IMG/VR virus record: IMGVR_UViG_3300024999_000038
Location: 86,269-150,268 of that record
Source of the DNA: a virus
Strand: one strand, 5' to 3'
DNA: 64,000 nucleotides
Shown: positions 33,689 through 42,881 of the stretch, piece by piece
Numbering within the stretch: the first letter of the stretch is position 1
Layout of the letters: each line of letters opens with the position of its first letter
The notes under the pieces: model-generated
What the model was told of the DNA's origin: nothing
The model's input: the letters and a program-made list of their open reading frames with translations, nothing else
The model's database searches: none
Position numbers and translations under genes: made by a program

Positions 33689-34552
33689 ATGTCTATTACC
33701 AATGCTGTACTAAATCTACTATTTGTCTCCATCCCAGAAGAAGCATTTATAGCAATAATAGCTATAACATTCCTAAATAAACTAGATAATCTTTTCGATA
33801 TCTATATGTGGAAGAACAATCTCAAATGGCTTATGATAGCAACATTGCCCACATCAATATTAATTTGTGTTTTACGATTTGTAATGTCTGTTCCCCAAAA
33901 TATTGTAGTAAAATTAGCCATAATTATAATGATTGCTTCAATGATATACATAGTAATTAAAAACTCTGACAAAATTACTATTCTATTAATATTTAAAACA
34001 GCAATGTTTACATTAGCAGGATTTGTAATTACAGGAATATTGGAATACTCATATTGCCCAATAATATTCTCATTATTACATAAACCACAAGAATTTTTTA
34101 ATAATGTTTTCCTCTATAATTTTCTATTAGGTTTACCTGCAAGAGTCCTTTACACCTGTATTATCACTTTTATCATAATGAAGAAAAATGGCAAAGTTAA
34201 AGTAAATTTATTTGATACTTTAGTCAAAAGCAAATTAATCATTGGTATTTTCATTGCTACAATATTATCTGTAGTTTCATTAATTGCCTATGTTGCTAAA
34301 TTGATAGAAAATGAAAGCATTTTGTTTAGTTTTCAATTCATTGATCAATTTATTATCATTGTAATAATCACATCTGTACCAACTATTTTAATCACATTGT
34401 TATTGATAGTTATTAATTATTTAATATCAGGTGAGAAGGAAAATCAGCAAATGTACGAGAATGCTATGGGTAGTAGGGATGAGAATGAGGATATAAATGA
34501 GGATGGTAATAATAGTAGCGATGAAGATATTTATGAAAATTATTATGAATAA
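33689..34552 (+). CDS. Polytopic membrane protein, putative kinase-less peptide receptor 2
   Basis: Paralog of 30866-31687 (S.TNA.LN..FVS.PEE.F, D..MWK.N, LE...Y.P, N...NF.L..P.R, EK..QQ.YEN); highly acidic C-terminal tail; no kinase domain. Confidence 0.6.
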   Translation: MSITNAVLNLLFVSIPEEAFIAIIAITFLNKLDNLFDIYMWKNNLKWLMIATLPTSILICVLRFVMSVPQNIVVKLAIIIMIASMIYIVIKNSDKITILLIFKTAMFTLAGFVITGILEYSYCPIIFSLLHKPQEFFNNVFLYNFLLGLPARVLYTCIITFIIMKKNGKVKVNLFDTLVKSKLIIGIFIATILSVVSLIAYVAKLIENESILFSFQFIDQFIIIVIITSVPTILITLLLIVINYLISGEKENQQMYENAMGSRDENEDINEDGNNSSDEDIYENYYE

Positions 34553-34723
34553 TTATTATAAATAGGAGGCGATAATAATGCTCTAAAAATAGTTCCAAAG
34601 CACTAAGACTATTGACCTATATCAAATGGCAATATTCCTATTCTAATAAATAAATAAGATAAAACAATGTCGAAAAACCGAACATAACATCCCAAAATAA
34701 CATAATTATTGGTAATTTTGTTC

Positions 34724-34752
34724 TTGATTCTTGAACAAATGTTCTATATAAT
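34724..34752 (+). promoter_or_regulatory. sigmaA promoter with a Firmicutes LexA (Cheo) box in its spacer
   Basis: TTGATT(34724)-17 bp-TATAAT(34747); GAAC-AAAT-GTTC at 34733-34744. Confidence 0.72.
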
Positions 34753-34833
34753 AATATCAAGGAGGTATTGAAAGAACAAAGATATAATTTGTTGAATATC
34801 CAAATATTAGAAAATAAAGGAGAGATTTTAAAT

Positions 34834-35241
34834 ATGAATTGTATTAAAACAGAAGACAATGTGAGATATACATGGGCCATCAAAGATTCAAAAGGTAATT
34901 TTGCCCATAAGGGCAGTATACGTAAAATCAATAAAGATACTTGGCAATACATATCGTTTAAGACATTCTCCCAAGAAGCTAGGGGATACACATCCAAGGA
35001 ATCTGCTGAAAAAGCATTGGCTTTCTTAAATAAAAAGAATGACATTGCAGGATTCAAATTTGTTTTTCATATTGAGTGTCTTAACTTAAATAAAATAATT
35101 GATGAAAACACCATATTCCAAGGTAAAAATATGCTTATATATGAAAAAGAAGTGGTATCAGCTGCTTATAAAATGGGAAAAGTGGCAAAAACATGTGTCT
35201 GTACATGTTTACCAACTCTAATATTAGCCAGTATAATTTAA
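34834..35241 (+). CDS. Hypothetical protein under a putative SOS-controlled promoter (candidate antirepressor/inducer)
   Basis: RBS AAAGGAG before ATG 34834 (the track start TTG 34768 has only about 2 nt SD spacing); no known domain recognised. Confidence 0.5.
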   Translation: MNCIKTEDNVRYTWAIKDSKGNFAHKGSIRKINKDTWQYISFKTFSQEARGYTSKESAEKALAFLNKKNDIAGFKFVFHIECLNLNKIIDENTIFQGKNMLIYEKEVVSAAYKMGKVAKTCVCTCLPTLILASII

Positions 35242-35257
35242 TTAATTAACTCCACGC

Positions 35258-35300
35258 ACAATAAACTACTCTGAGATCATGTCACTGAGTAGTTTATTGT
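35258..35300. repeat. Perfect 14-bp inverted repeat (terminator or operator) before the yopQ-like promoter
   Basis: ACAATAAACTACTC-15 nt-GAGTAGTTTATTGT. Confidence 0.7.
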
Positions 35301-35319
35301 AGAAATAAAGTATTTTTCC

Positions 35320-35349
35320 TTGACATTATTGCACAACTCATGTTATTAT
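35320..35349 (+). promoter_or_regulatory. sigmaA-like promoter of the yopQ/yopR-like repressor operon
   Basis: TTGACA-18 bp-TATTAT with extended TG. Confidence 0.65.
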
Positions 35350-35381
35350 ATATACATTAATGATGTGAAGGAGAGATATTT

Positions 35382-36752
35382 ATGCTTAAAGAAAAATCGG
35401 TTGCACTCATGAGGGAACTAAATGTGTTAATTAAGAAGTATAGTTCAAACGACAAGGTAAGAAAATTAATTGTAGAAGAATTTGATAAAAGAAATATGAA
35501 GGGCAGTTTAGCGGTCGGCATCTTAAATGAAAATAGAGAGCTATCCACATTAGATATTGATGAAAGCAAAGATGTAATAATGTTATTTATTTTCACTATG
35601 AGTATGTATAATGCATTGACATATAAAGAGGAAGAAGATAAAGAGGCGTTGGGAGAAATTGAAGAAGGGTTAAGAATTGATCCTAAAAATTATTTTACTG
35701 AAATTGAAATTGAAAACCTAAATGACTATAAGTTTGAAAAGAAAATAGACAAAAAAGACGAAGTTATTATTTTCCCCAAAATGAGTAGAATTGCCCCTGA
35801 TTTCTTTTCAGGCTATATGTCAGGAAAGCATTTTGCAGAATTAGATGCAGGAAATGAATTTATCTATAATTTTAAGACTCAGCGTGACCCAATTATTGAT
35901 GTATCTGGAATGAAGAGGATACATTTAAATAAAACAAATGCAAAAGAAATTAGAGATGGCCTAATCTCAAAGAATCAATTCCCAACTACCATAGTAGTAA
36001 ATGTTCTTAAAGACGGTGAAGACGAGATATATTATGATGAGAAAACAGGCGATTTGTCTATTATTTCAGGTACTAAAAACCTTGTTGATGGAATGCATAG
36101 AAAAGTTGGTAATAGTTTGGCTCTCGCTATTGATCCAGACTTGGAGTTTAATTGGTTATTAGTTGTAACAAACTATAGTGAAATTAGAGCACAAAAATAT
36201 ATGGTGGAAATTAACAAGCAACAAAAAATGAAACAAGAACATATTAAAAATATGGATACTGCCAGTCTTGGAAATATTGTTGTTGATGTTATTAAAGATA
36301 TCAATAGTTCTGAATTTGCTGGACATATCAAAGATAGCGACAAGGAATTAGAACATGGAGGTTTAACTAGGAAGTCAATTTTAACTTTAGCAATTGAGGA
36401 AATATACAAAGATAAACTTGAAAACAAAACATTCATAAAACCTATCGCCAACCACATTACAAACGTTATGGATCATATTATTGCATTGAGAGTTGATGAG
36501 TTTATGAAATATCCTGAAGCCACACGTAAAGTAAGCTATATCAACCACAAGAATATGTTTGCAGGATATGTAGCTTTATCTGAGAGACTATATGGAGTTG
36601 AAAAATGGGATGACCTCCTTGAGGAAATTTTAGATAAAATTGATTTCAGTATGAAAAATTCTTTTTGGGAAGATATTGGATTGGGCAAAGAGTCCGATAT
36701 GAAGAAAACTACACGAAACAATCTATACGAATTCTTTCAAAAATTAATTTAA
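35382..36752 (+). CDS. SPbeta YopQ (SroE)-like protein with a DGQHR/DndB-like ParB-Srx domain
   Basis: RIDPKNYFTEIEI, IYNFKTQR, LNKTNAKEIRD, LVDGMHR and TNYSEIRAQ match the YopQ pattern as I recall it; about 460 aa; upstream of the YopR-like gene. Confidence 0.75.
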   Translation: MLKEKSVALMRELNVLIKKYSSNDKVRKLIVEEFDKRNMKGSLAVGILNENRELSTLDIDESKDVIMLFIFTMSMYNALTYKEEEDKEALGEIEEGLRIDPKNYFTEIEIENLNDYKFEKKIDKKDEVIIFPKMSRIAPDFFSGYMSGKHFAELDAGNEFIYNFKTQRDPIIDVSGMKRIHLNKTNAKEIRDGLISKNQFPTTIVVNVLKDGEDEIYYDEKTGDLSIISGTKNLVDGMHRKVGNSLALAIDPDLEFNWLLVVTNYSEIRAQKYMVEINKQQKMKQEHIKNMDTASLGNIVVDVIKDINSSEFAGHIKDSDKELEHGGLTRKSILTLAIEEIYKDKLENKTFIKPIANHITNVMDHIIALRVDEFMKYPEATRKVSYINHKNMFAGYVALSERLYGVEKWDDLLEEILDKIDFSMKNSFWEDIGLGKESDMKKTTRNNLYEFFQKLI

Positions 36753-36768
36753 CAAAGGAGACTTTAAA

Positions 36769-37812
36769 ATGACTAAAAATGAAATCATTGATGAAACTAA
36801 AATCCAAGAAGTCGAAGAAAAATTAATGTTTGAAGTTGATCCTGAAGTTAAGGAAGAATTTTTAGAAAAGCAATTAAAATCAACTAGAAGTTATTATCGG
36901 TATATTTTAAAACTTGCCGATGAATTTGAAGTTAAATTAGGAAAACCAATTTACAATTTCAATACTGAAGAAAGAGATGAGTTATTGACTGTTCAATATA
37001 AAAACAAAAATATATTTGCATTTCAAACTGTTTTGTCTCCATTAAAAACTTATGTTGATTTTTGTATATCTCCTAAGAATTTAGTACGACACAATGAAAA
37101 TCGCTTTAGTAGTATCCTTACTTCAAACTACAAAGTTTATATCAGTAAACAAGCAAAAGAAAATTCTTATATCCCTTTATCTGAATGTAGAGAATTTCAA
37201 TCTAAATTAGCGAATTATCAAGACATGTTAATTCTTGAATTGCCAAATCTAGGAGTTAGAGGTCGTACTGAAAAAGGAAATACTCTTGAGGAACTGGTTA
37301 ATCTAAGGGAAAAAGATATTGAATGGGAGAAAAAGAGATTACATCTTACCAAAAACAATGGTGAAGAAAGATGGATTGAAGTTGATGATTACACTTTAGA
37401 TTTACTCAAGAAAACCATCAATCAAGATTTTTATATATCCAATAATGGATTAAAGACAAAACCGAACGACGATGGGGTATATGAACGTACAGAAAGGGGA
37501 AGAATGATTAATAAAACTGAATATGTATTTAGAATTCCAGGTAAGAATAAACATGGTAAGGTTGAATACCAATTTTTTGCTAGTAGAATCCAACGTATTC
37601 AAAAATGGTTAGGTAAACCGTATATTAGCATTAGTAATCTGTATTTTTCTGCTATTATAGAATACTCAAAGAAACTAAAAGAAGAGAAAGGTGAATTGAT
37701 TAGAGAAGATTATATTTCAATCAATCAAAGATTTGAATTTGGAGAAGATGGTGAGAAATATGTCTTTAAAACTAGAGAGCTTGTTGAATCATATCTTGAC
37801 GATGAGAGGTAA
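36769..37812 (+). CDS. SPbeta YopR (SroF/MrpR)-like repressor with tyrosine-recombinase fold
   Basis: EVKEEFL, E..LGKPIYNF, LKTYVDFCI, LANYQDMLILEL..GVRG, EELVNL, NG.ERWIEV, Y...NG; canonical HxxR motif absent. Confidence 0.78.
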   Translation: MTKNEIIDETKIQEVEEKLMFEVDPEVKEEFLEKQLKSTRSYYRYILKLADEFEVKLGKPIYNFNTEERDELLTVQYKNKNIFAFQTVLSPLKTYVDFCISPKNLVRHNENRFSSILTSNYKVYISKQAKENSYIPLSECREFQSKLANYQDMLILELPNLGVRGRTEKGNTLEELVNLREKDIEWEKKRLHLTKNNGEERWIEVDDYTLDLLKKTINQDFYISNNGLKTKPNDDGVYERTERGRMINKTEYVFRIPGKNKHGKVEYQFFASRIQRIQKWLGKPYISISNLYFSAIIEYSKKLKEEKGELIREDYISINQRFEFGEDGEKYVFKTRELVESYLDDER

Positions 37813-37817
37813 ATACT

Positions 37818-38222
37818 ATGCAGAACACACTATCTGAGATGTGGAGAAAATACAATTTGCTTTTCTCTTTTAAAAATGAGATGAATAAACGAGGGTACGC
37901 TAGTAGGGATTTGTATAGTATCCATGTTCAATTATGTTTGTTAATGGAATTGATTGAAATCGAAAGTATTGATATCCTAGATGATTTGTTAAAGAAAAAA
38001 ACTTATTTCAGACTGTTGAGGAAAATCAATAGAGGTATTGAATATTTACATGAAATTGTAGATTTACCTGAGAATTGGTCACTTAACACTATTGAGAAAG
38101 ATACGGACGCATGGATTGATCCAAATGTTCTAATATTTACTACGAAATCAAAAGTTGCAGTATTCAGTAAATTGTCCCGTAAGAATGATGGAAGTTTGTA
38201 TATTGATGGAAAATTTCAATAA
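37818..38222 (+). CDS. Hypothetical protein in the repressor operon
   Basis: 134 aa, tightly coupled to the yopR-like gene. Confidence 0.6.
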   Translation: MQNTLSEMWRKYNLLFSFKNEMNKRGYASRDLYSIHVQLCLLMELIEIESIDILDDLLKKKTYFRLLRKINRGIEYLHEIVDLPENWSLNTIEKDTDAWIDPNVLIFTTKSKVAVFSKLSRKNDGSLYIDGKFQ

Positions 38223-38236
38223 GAGGTGTATTTTTT

Positions 38237-38644
38237 ATGAACGTAGGAGAAAAAATTTGCCTATACAAAGAAAGATTAAACTTTAGAGACTATCAAGAAT
38301 TTGGTAGAGCAGTTGGTATCAGTGGCAATTGGATAAATGAAACATCTAAGAAATCAGAGATTAAACAAATCAACGATTTAGGTTATTTGGTTAAATTATG
38401 TGGATTTTTAGGAATAACGATAGATGAATTTTTAAGAGATGATATAATTGAAACAGATGAATCAATTGAACTTAAAATTATTGATGCAAATTCGGAAGAT
38501 ATTGGTATTTTGCTCAATAATATGATATTATTACTAGGAAAGGATGGTATAAAAATAGACGGAGCGTTAATGAATGACAAGAGCAAAGAGATTTGTATAG
38601 ATAGCCTTGCGGTGGTAAGAACACTAGTCAAGCAACATTTATAA
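38237..38644 (+). CDS. XRE-family HTH transcriptional regulator (YopS position)
   Basis: GEKI..YKERLN...YQEFGRAVGISGNWINE...LVKLCGFLGITIDEFL. Confidence 0.75.
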   Translation: MNVGEKICLYKERLNFRDYQEFGRAVGISGNWINETSKKSEIKQINDLGYLVKLCGFLGITIDEFLRDDIIETDESIELKIIDANSEDIGILLNNMILLLGKDGIKIDGALMNDKSKEICIDSLAVVRTLVKQHL

Positions 38645-38659
38645 TGGAGGTCGATAATT

Positions 38660-39520
38660 ATGGTTCGAAAGAATTACAGGTCTGTAGACACATATGAGAT
38701 GGATGATATTGAAGTCTACTCATTAGTTAAAAATGGTAGTCTAAGGGCATTTCCTTCAAGGTTTTGGGAAGGTGTAATAGGTCTTCAAACTTCCAAGAAA
38801 ATTCTAAAATATGTTTTCGAAACTCTATTAAATTGGTCTATCGAAGACATCAAAGTTAAGGCCACTAGAGATATGTTTGAAGAATATAAATTAGTTGGAA
38901 TGGTTAGCACTGCATTTGATGGTAGTATGTATATTGCTATTGGAGAAACTTATCCAGAACTTAAAGAATGGGCAGATGAATTATATCAAACAAACGAACA
39001 TGCTGATTTTGTTTATAGGAAATATTCAGACGAAGAATTAATTGGTATTCTTCAGGAGAAAGCAAAGGAATTAAAAAGAATACCAAAAGGAGTTGATATG
39101 AAAACTCCCAGTAGTGGAATCTATAATAGAAGATTTGGCTCATGGGAAAAATCATTGATGAAAGCAGGATTAATTGAAGATATTTATAAGAATGTTGACT
39201 TTGAAAAACACTCAAAAGAATCTGTAATATCTAACTTAAAAGAACTTTTTTCAAACAAAGAGAGAGTGTTAGATAAGAAAGAGATACTTGCTATTTATCC
39301 AGAAGGATTAATAAAAGAATATTTTGGAACTTATAATAACCTTGAGAAAGTTATTATAAATGAGTATACCAAAAGGGATCTTATCAAAATCTTAAAAAAT
39401 AAGAAGGGAAAATTAGGTAGAACTCCAAGCAATAAAGATATGAAGTTTCCAATGGCTATTGTATTCATAGATAAATTTGGGAGTTGGCAGGAGGCGATTG
39501 ATAAATTGGAGAAAACTTAA
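38660..39520 (+). CDS. DUF4046-like protein with homing-endonuclease-associated repeats (putative DNA-binding)
   Basis: FPSRFWEG..LKYVFETLLNW N-terminus; repeated YS.EELI..L..KA..L.R.P...DM..P.....RFGSW units. Confidence 0.6.
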   Translation: MVRKNYRSVDTYEMDDIEVYSLVKNGSLRAFPSRFWEGVIGLQTSKKILKYVFETLLNWSIEDIKVKATRDMFEEYKLVGMVSTAFDGSMYIAIGETYPELKEWADELYQTNEHADFVYRKYSDEELIGILQEKAKELKRIPKGVDMKTPSSGIYNRRFGSWEKSLMKAGLIEDIYKNVDFEKHSKESVISNLKELFSNKERVLDKKEILAIYPEGLIKEYFGTYNNLEKVIINEYTKRDLIKILKNKKGKLGRTPSNKDMKFPMAIVFIDKFGSWQEAIDKLEKT

Positions 39521-39614
39521 ATTTTTTATATTAGATATTGAGGTATTATAGAAATATCTCAATAGTACATAATCTGGGATATTATTAAAATATAATTAGA
39601 AAGTGAGATAAGTA

Positions 39615-40187
39615 ATGAGGAAAAATCCACTAAAGCATACTAAATTATTTGTCACATTTATTAGTGTGTTTATTCTCATAAGTAGTACAAATGGAAATCA
39701 TGTTATAAATAAAGATATAAAGAGTGTTAAACATATTAATAATTATGTAAGGAGTGATGTCTGTGAGACACTAAAGCAAATGAGAAAGCAATACATTGTG
39801 AAAGTAAAGCCAAAAGAAAAAGTAGTTACTAAGAAAGAAAATATATTTCTAGTCACAGTTTATGATCTTTCATTCCAGTCATGCCAGAAGTCAAGAGGCA
39901 ATTCTGAATATGGCATTACTGCTTCGGGATATGACTTGAGAGGCCACACATTATCGTCTGCTAGGATAATTTCTGTAGACCCTACTATTATATCGCTTGG
40001 AAGTAAAGTGAGGATTACATTCAAAGAAGATAAGTATAAGAAGTACAATGGAATCTATACGGCAAGCGATATTGGAGGTGGAATTAAAAATAATAAGATT
40101 GATTTGTTTGTTGGAGATAATATTTGGTCTAGAAAAAATATTAGAGATTTTGGAGTCAGGGAATGTGTTGTAGAAATAATCGAGTAA
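39615..40187 (+). CDS. Exported 3D-domain (peptidoglycan-acting) protein
   Basis: N-terminal signal/TM segment; ITASG, ISVDPTIISLGSKV, ASDIGGGIKNNKIDLF. Confidence 0.85.
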   Translation: MRKNPLKHTKLFVTFISVFILISSTNGNHVINKDIKSVKHINNYVRSDVCETLKQMRKQYIVKVKPKEKVVTKKENIFLVTVYDLSFQSCQKSRGNSEYGITASGYDLRGHTLSSARIISVDPTIISLGSKVRITFKEDKYKKYNGIYTASDIGGGIKNNKIDLFVGDNIWSRKNIRDFGVRECVVEIIE

Positions 40188-42551
40188 TTAGTTGTAAAAC
40201 AGTAACAAATTTAGATGATTAAACATATTGTGAACAAATTAGTAAATGCAAAAATAAATATTAAGGAGATTGATAAACATGGCAGTTAGTATTACAGACT
40301 TCCCAGTAAAGAATGATTATAACGCAATGATAGGTTTGAGATATTTTGATCATAAAGATAGAATTGCAAAAACAAAATTATTAGAAAGAGAGATGACAGA
40401 AAAGAAAAAACTAAATAAAGGGAATTTTAGAATTTCGTCAAAGGATGATTGTGTTTTCTGTGAGTTTTGGGATAAATCAATTTATTATTAATACATAAAA
40501 CAAGACAACAAAATATTTTTCAATAAATCTTTCCATGACACCCTTAATTTACAATGCTCACACGTACAACATTATAATCATAAAATTAAAGAGGAAAGAG
40601 TGTGAATTAAATATGAGAATATATGATAATGTAGAAACAGTAGTTATTGTTCCGGTTTTAGTAGGGTCGCTCTGTAATAAATGTGGCAATGTTTTTGAAC
40701 CCAATGATACCAATATACAACCATTAAATACCCCATTAGTAGGATACGGGAATTTAAAATATGAAATATGCAATGATTGTCAATTAAAATTTATCAAAAG
40801 TTTTACAATTGTTCCTACTAATTTTAAAAGTAGTCCTCATTTCACTTCTTCTTTTGATTTAGACCATGATTTGCACCAAAGTCTCTTCGAAGAGTGGAAG
40901 AAAACAGATGTATGGAACTGTGATGAAAACCCTTGGAAAAGTTATTACAGTGAAGATATTTTAGATCAAGAAAATGAATCTTACGAAGAATATGAGGAAT
41001 ACTATGAAGATATTTCTAATGCAATAGAAGTTCGTAAACCTTTACATATCAATATTGTAAGGTTAGCAACCGTTCATCAAATTGGATTAGCAAAAAGGTG
41101 GTGTGAAAATAATGACTGACAATAATAAATCTATTCAAGATATTAAAAATATTCAAGAAGAATTAGACAACATTATGGAAAAATATTATTCATGTTGTTT
41201 TGAGGCCCATGATGTAAAAGCTTTTAAAAAGTTTCTAATTGATAATAAGGAAACTTTGATGGATATTATAAAATAGAAGTGGAATGAATTGGAGTAGAAA
41301 ATAAATGAAAAAACAAAATGAAGACAAATATCTTCCATACACTAAAAAAGATTTCAGAAAATATTGGTGCTATCCTGATTCAACATTCCCAACATTTCAA
41401 CCATATGAAATAATTAGACCATTTACAGAAGAAGAAAAATTAGATTGGACAAAAGGTGAGGACTATGATGAAGAAGTATATTTAGTAAAAAGTTTTGATG
41501 AAAATGGATCAATGGATGAATGCTGTGCTTCTGATAGAGATATTCTTATTGAATGTAAAATTGATCCTGAAACATGGAGAATTTGTTTAATTAATCTGCT
41601 TGACAGAATGGAATATTGTGATGATGATATATTGGATTTTGTGAGTGAATGTAAAATTGAACAATATATAAAGAAACATTTAAATGATTAAAAGGAGTTG
41701 AATAATAAAATATGAAATTAAGCGATGAAGAATTAATAAAGTTAAAAGTTCTAATTCTTGGAGCATTGGACGAAGAAGATGATAATAATTGTATGAAATG
41801 CACACCAGAAATTCCATGTTGTGGTTTAATTAGTGTATGCAATAGGTATGGTAGTTTTAATCTTATTGGTGGAGCGAACGATATGGTTATAGATTTGTTT
41901 GATACTATTGAAACTTTAAAAGATGATTTATTTGACAAAAGAAGGAGTTGAGTAATTTATGAAATTCAAAGATGAAATAATTGATAAAATCTTAAATAAA
42001 GAATGGAAGCTACTAATTGAAGAACACGGAGGAGGGAGTTATCATTGCAAAATATATTTTGAAAGATATCTTAATCAAATTATAATCAAAGATTGTAATA
42101 GTCATAGCATTTATGATTTTGCAGAAATAGACAGTTTGGTTACTACTAAAATTGATGATGAGAAGGTAATATTGTCAGGTAAGAAATTAAGCAATGAGTA
42201 TTATGATGAATGGATTTTGTTAGAAATTGAGGAGAAGATTGTTGGCAAAGGTAATAAAGATGGTGATTGGCCGGATTCATGGAATATATAGACAAATTAA
42301 AAATGAGGAGATTAAATAAATGATATTAATAGGAATTGATATTGGATTGTGTATTGGTTTTGCGTTTGCGTTTTGGAGATTTTACTCATATAGAAAAATA
42401 TTAATTTTAAAATCAAACAAAGAAAATAGAACCTCTGAAAAAATTGGTGACGAATTCTATTATATTGTTCCTGCTGATGAATATTTAGAAATGGAACAAT
42501 TGGCATTGTTTAGAAAGTTTGATGAAATGAAAAGAGAGGAGAAAAAGAATA

Positions 42552-42881
42552 ATGATTAATCTCTATCTCGATGATTTACGTCCATGCCCTGAAAGATTCA
42601 TCATAGCACGTAACGCTTCAGACTGCCGTTTCTTACTTTTAGAAAATGAAGTTAACCTCTTATCTCTTGACCACGATTTGGGAGATGTAAATGCTGAAAC
42701 AGGTTATGACTTCTGTAAATGGTTAGTTGAAGAAGGATATAATAATCCTAAAATTTATCCAAAAGTAATTTATCTTCATACTGGAAATGGTGTAGGTCGA
42801 GACAATATGTTTAAGTTATTAAACAGATATAAACCAGATTGGTGTAAATTGCATAGAAGTCCAATGCCAAATAATGATTGA
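42552..42881 (+). CDS. Cyclic-phosphate-processing receiver-like domain protein
   Basis: LYLDDLRPCP, LSLDHDLG, TGYDFCKWL, HTGNGVGR. Confidence 0.75.
   Translation: MINLYLDDLRPCPERFIIARNASDCRFLLLENEVNLLSLDHDLGDVNAETGYDFCKWLVEEGYNNPKIYPKVIYLHTGNGVGRDNMFKLLNRYKPDWCKLHRSPMPNND

Noticed and set aside
30866-34552. Calling the two membrane proteins AgrC histidine kinases or frameshifted agrC pseudogenes
   Set aside because: No H-box or N/G boxes in or after either ORF; both paralogs end soon after the same QQxYEN motif, and agrD or a regulatory region follows directly
36769-37812. Calling this ORF the phage integrase
   Set aside because: The HxxR catalytic motif is missing, no att or host junction is visible, and the context matches the YopR-type repressor
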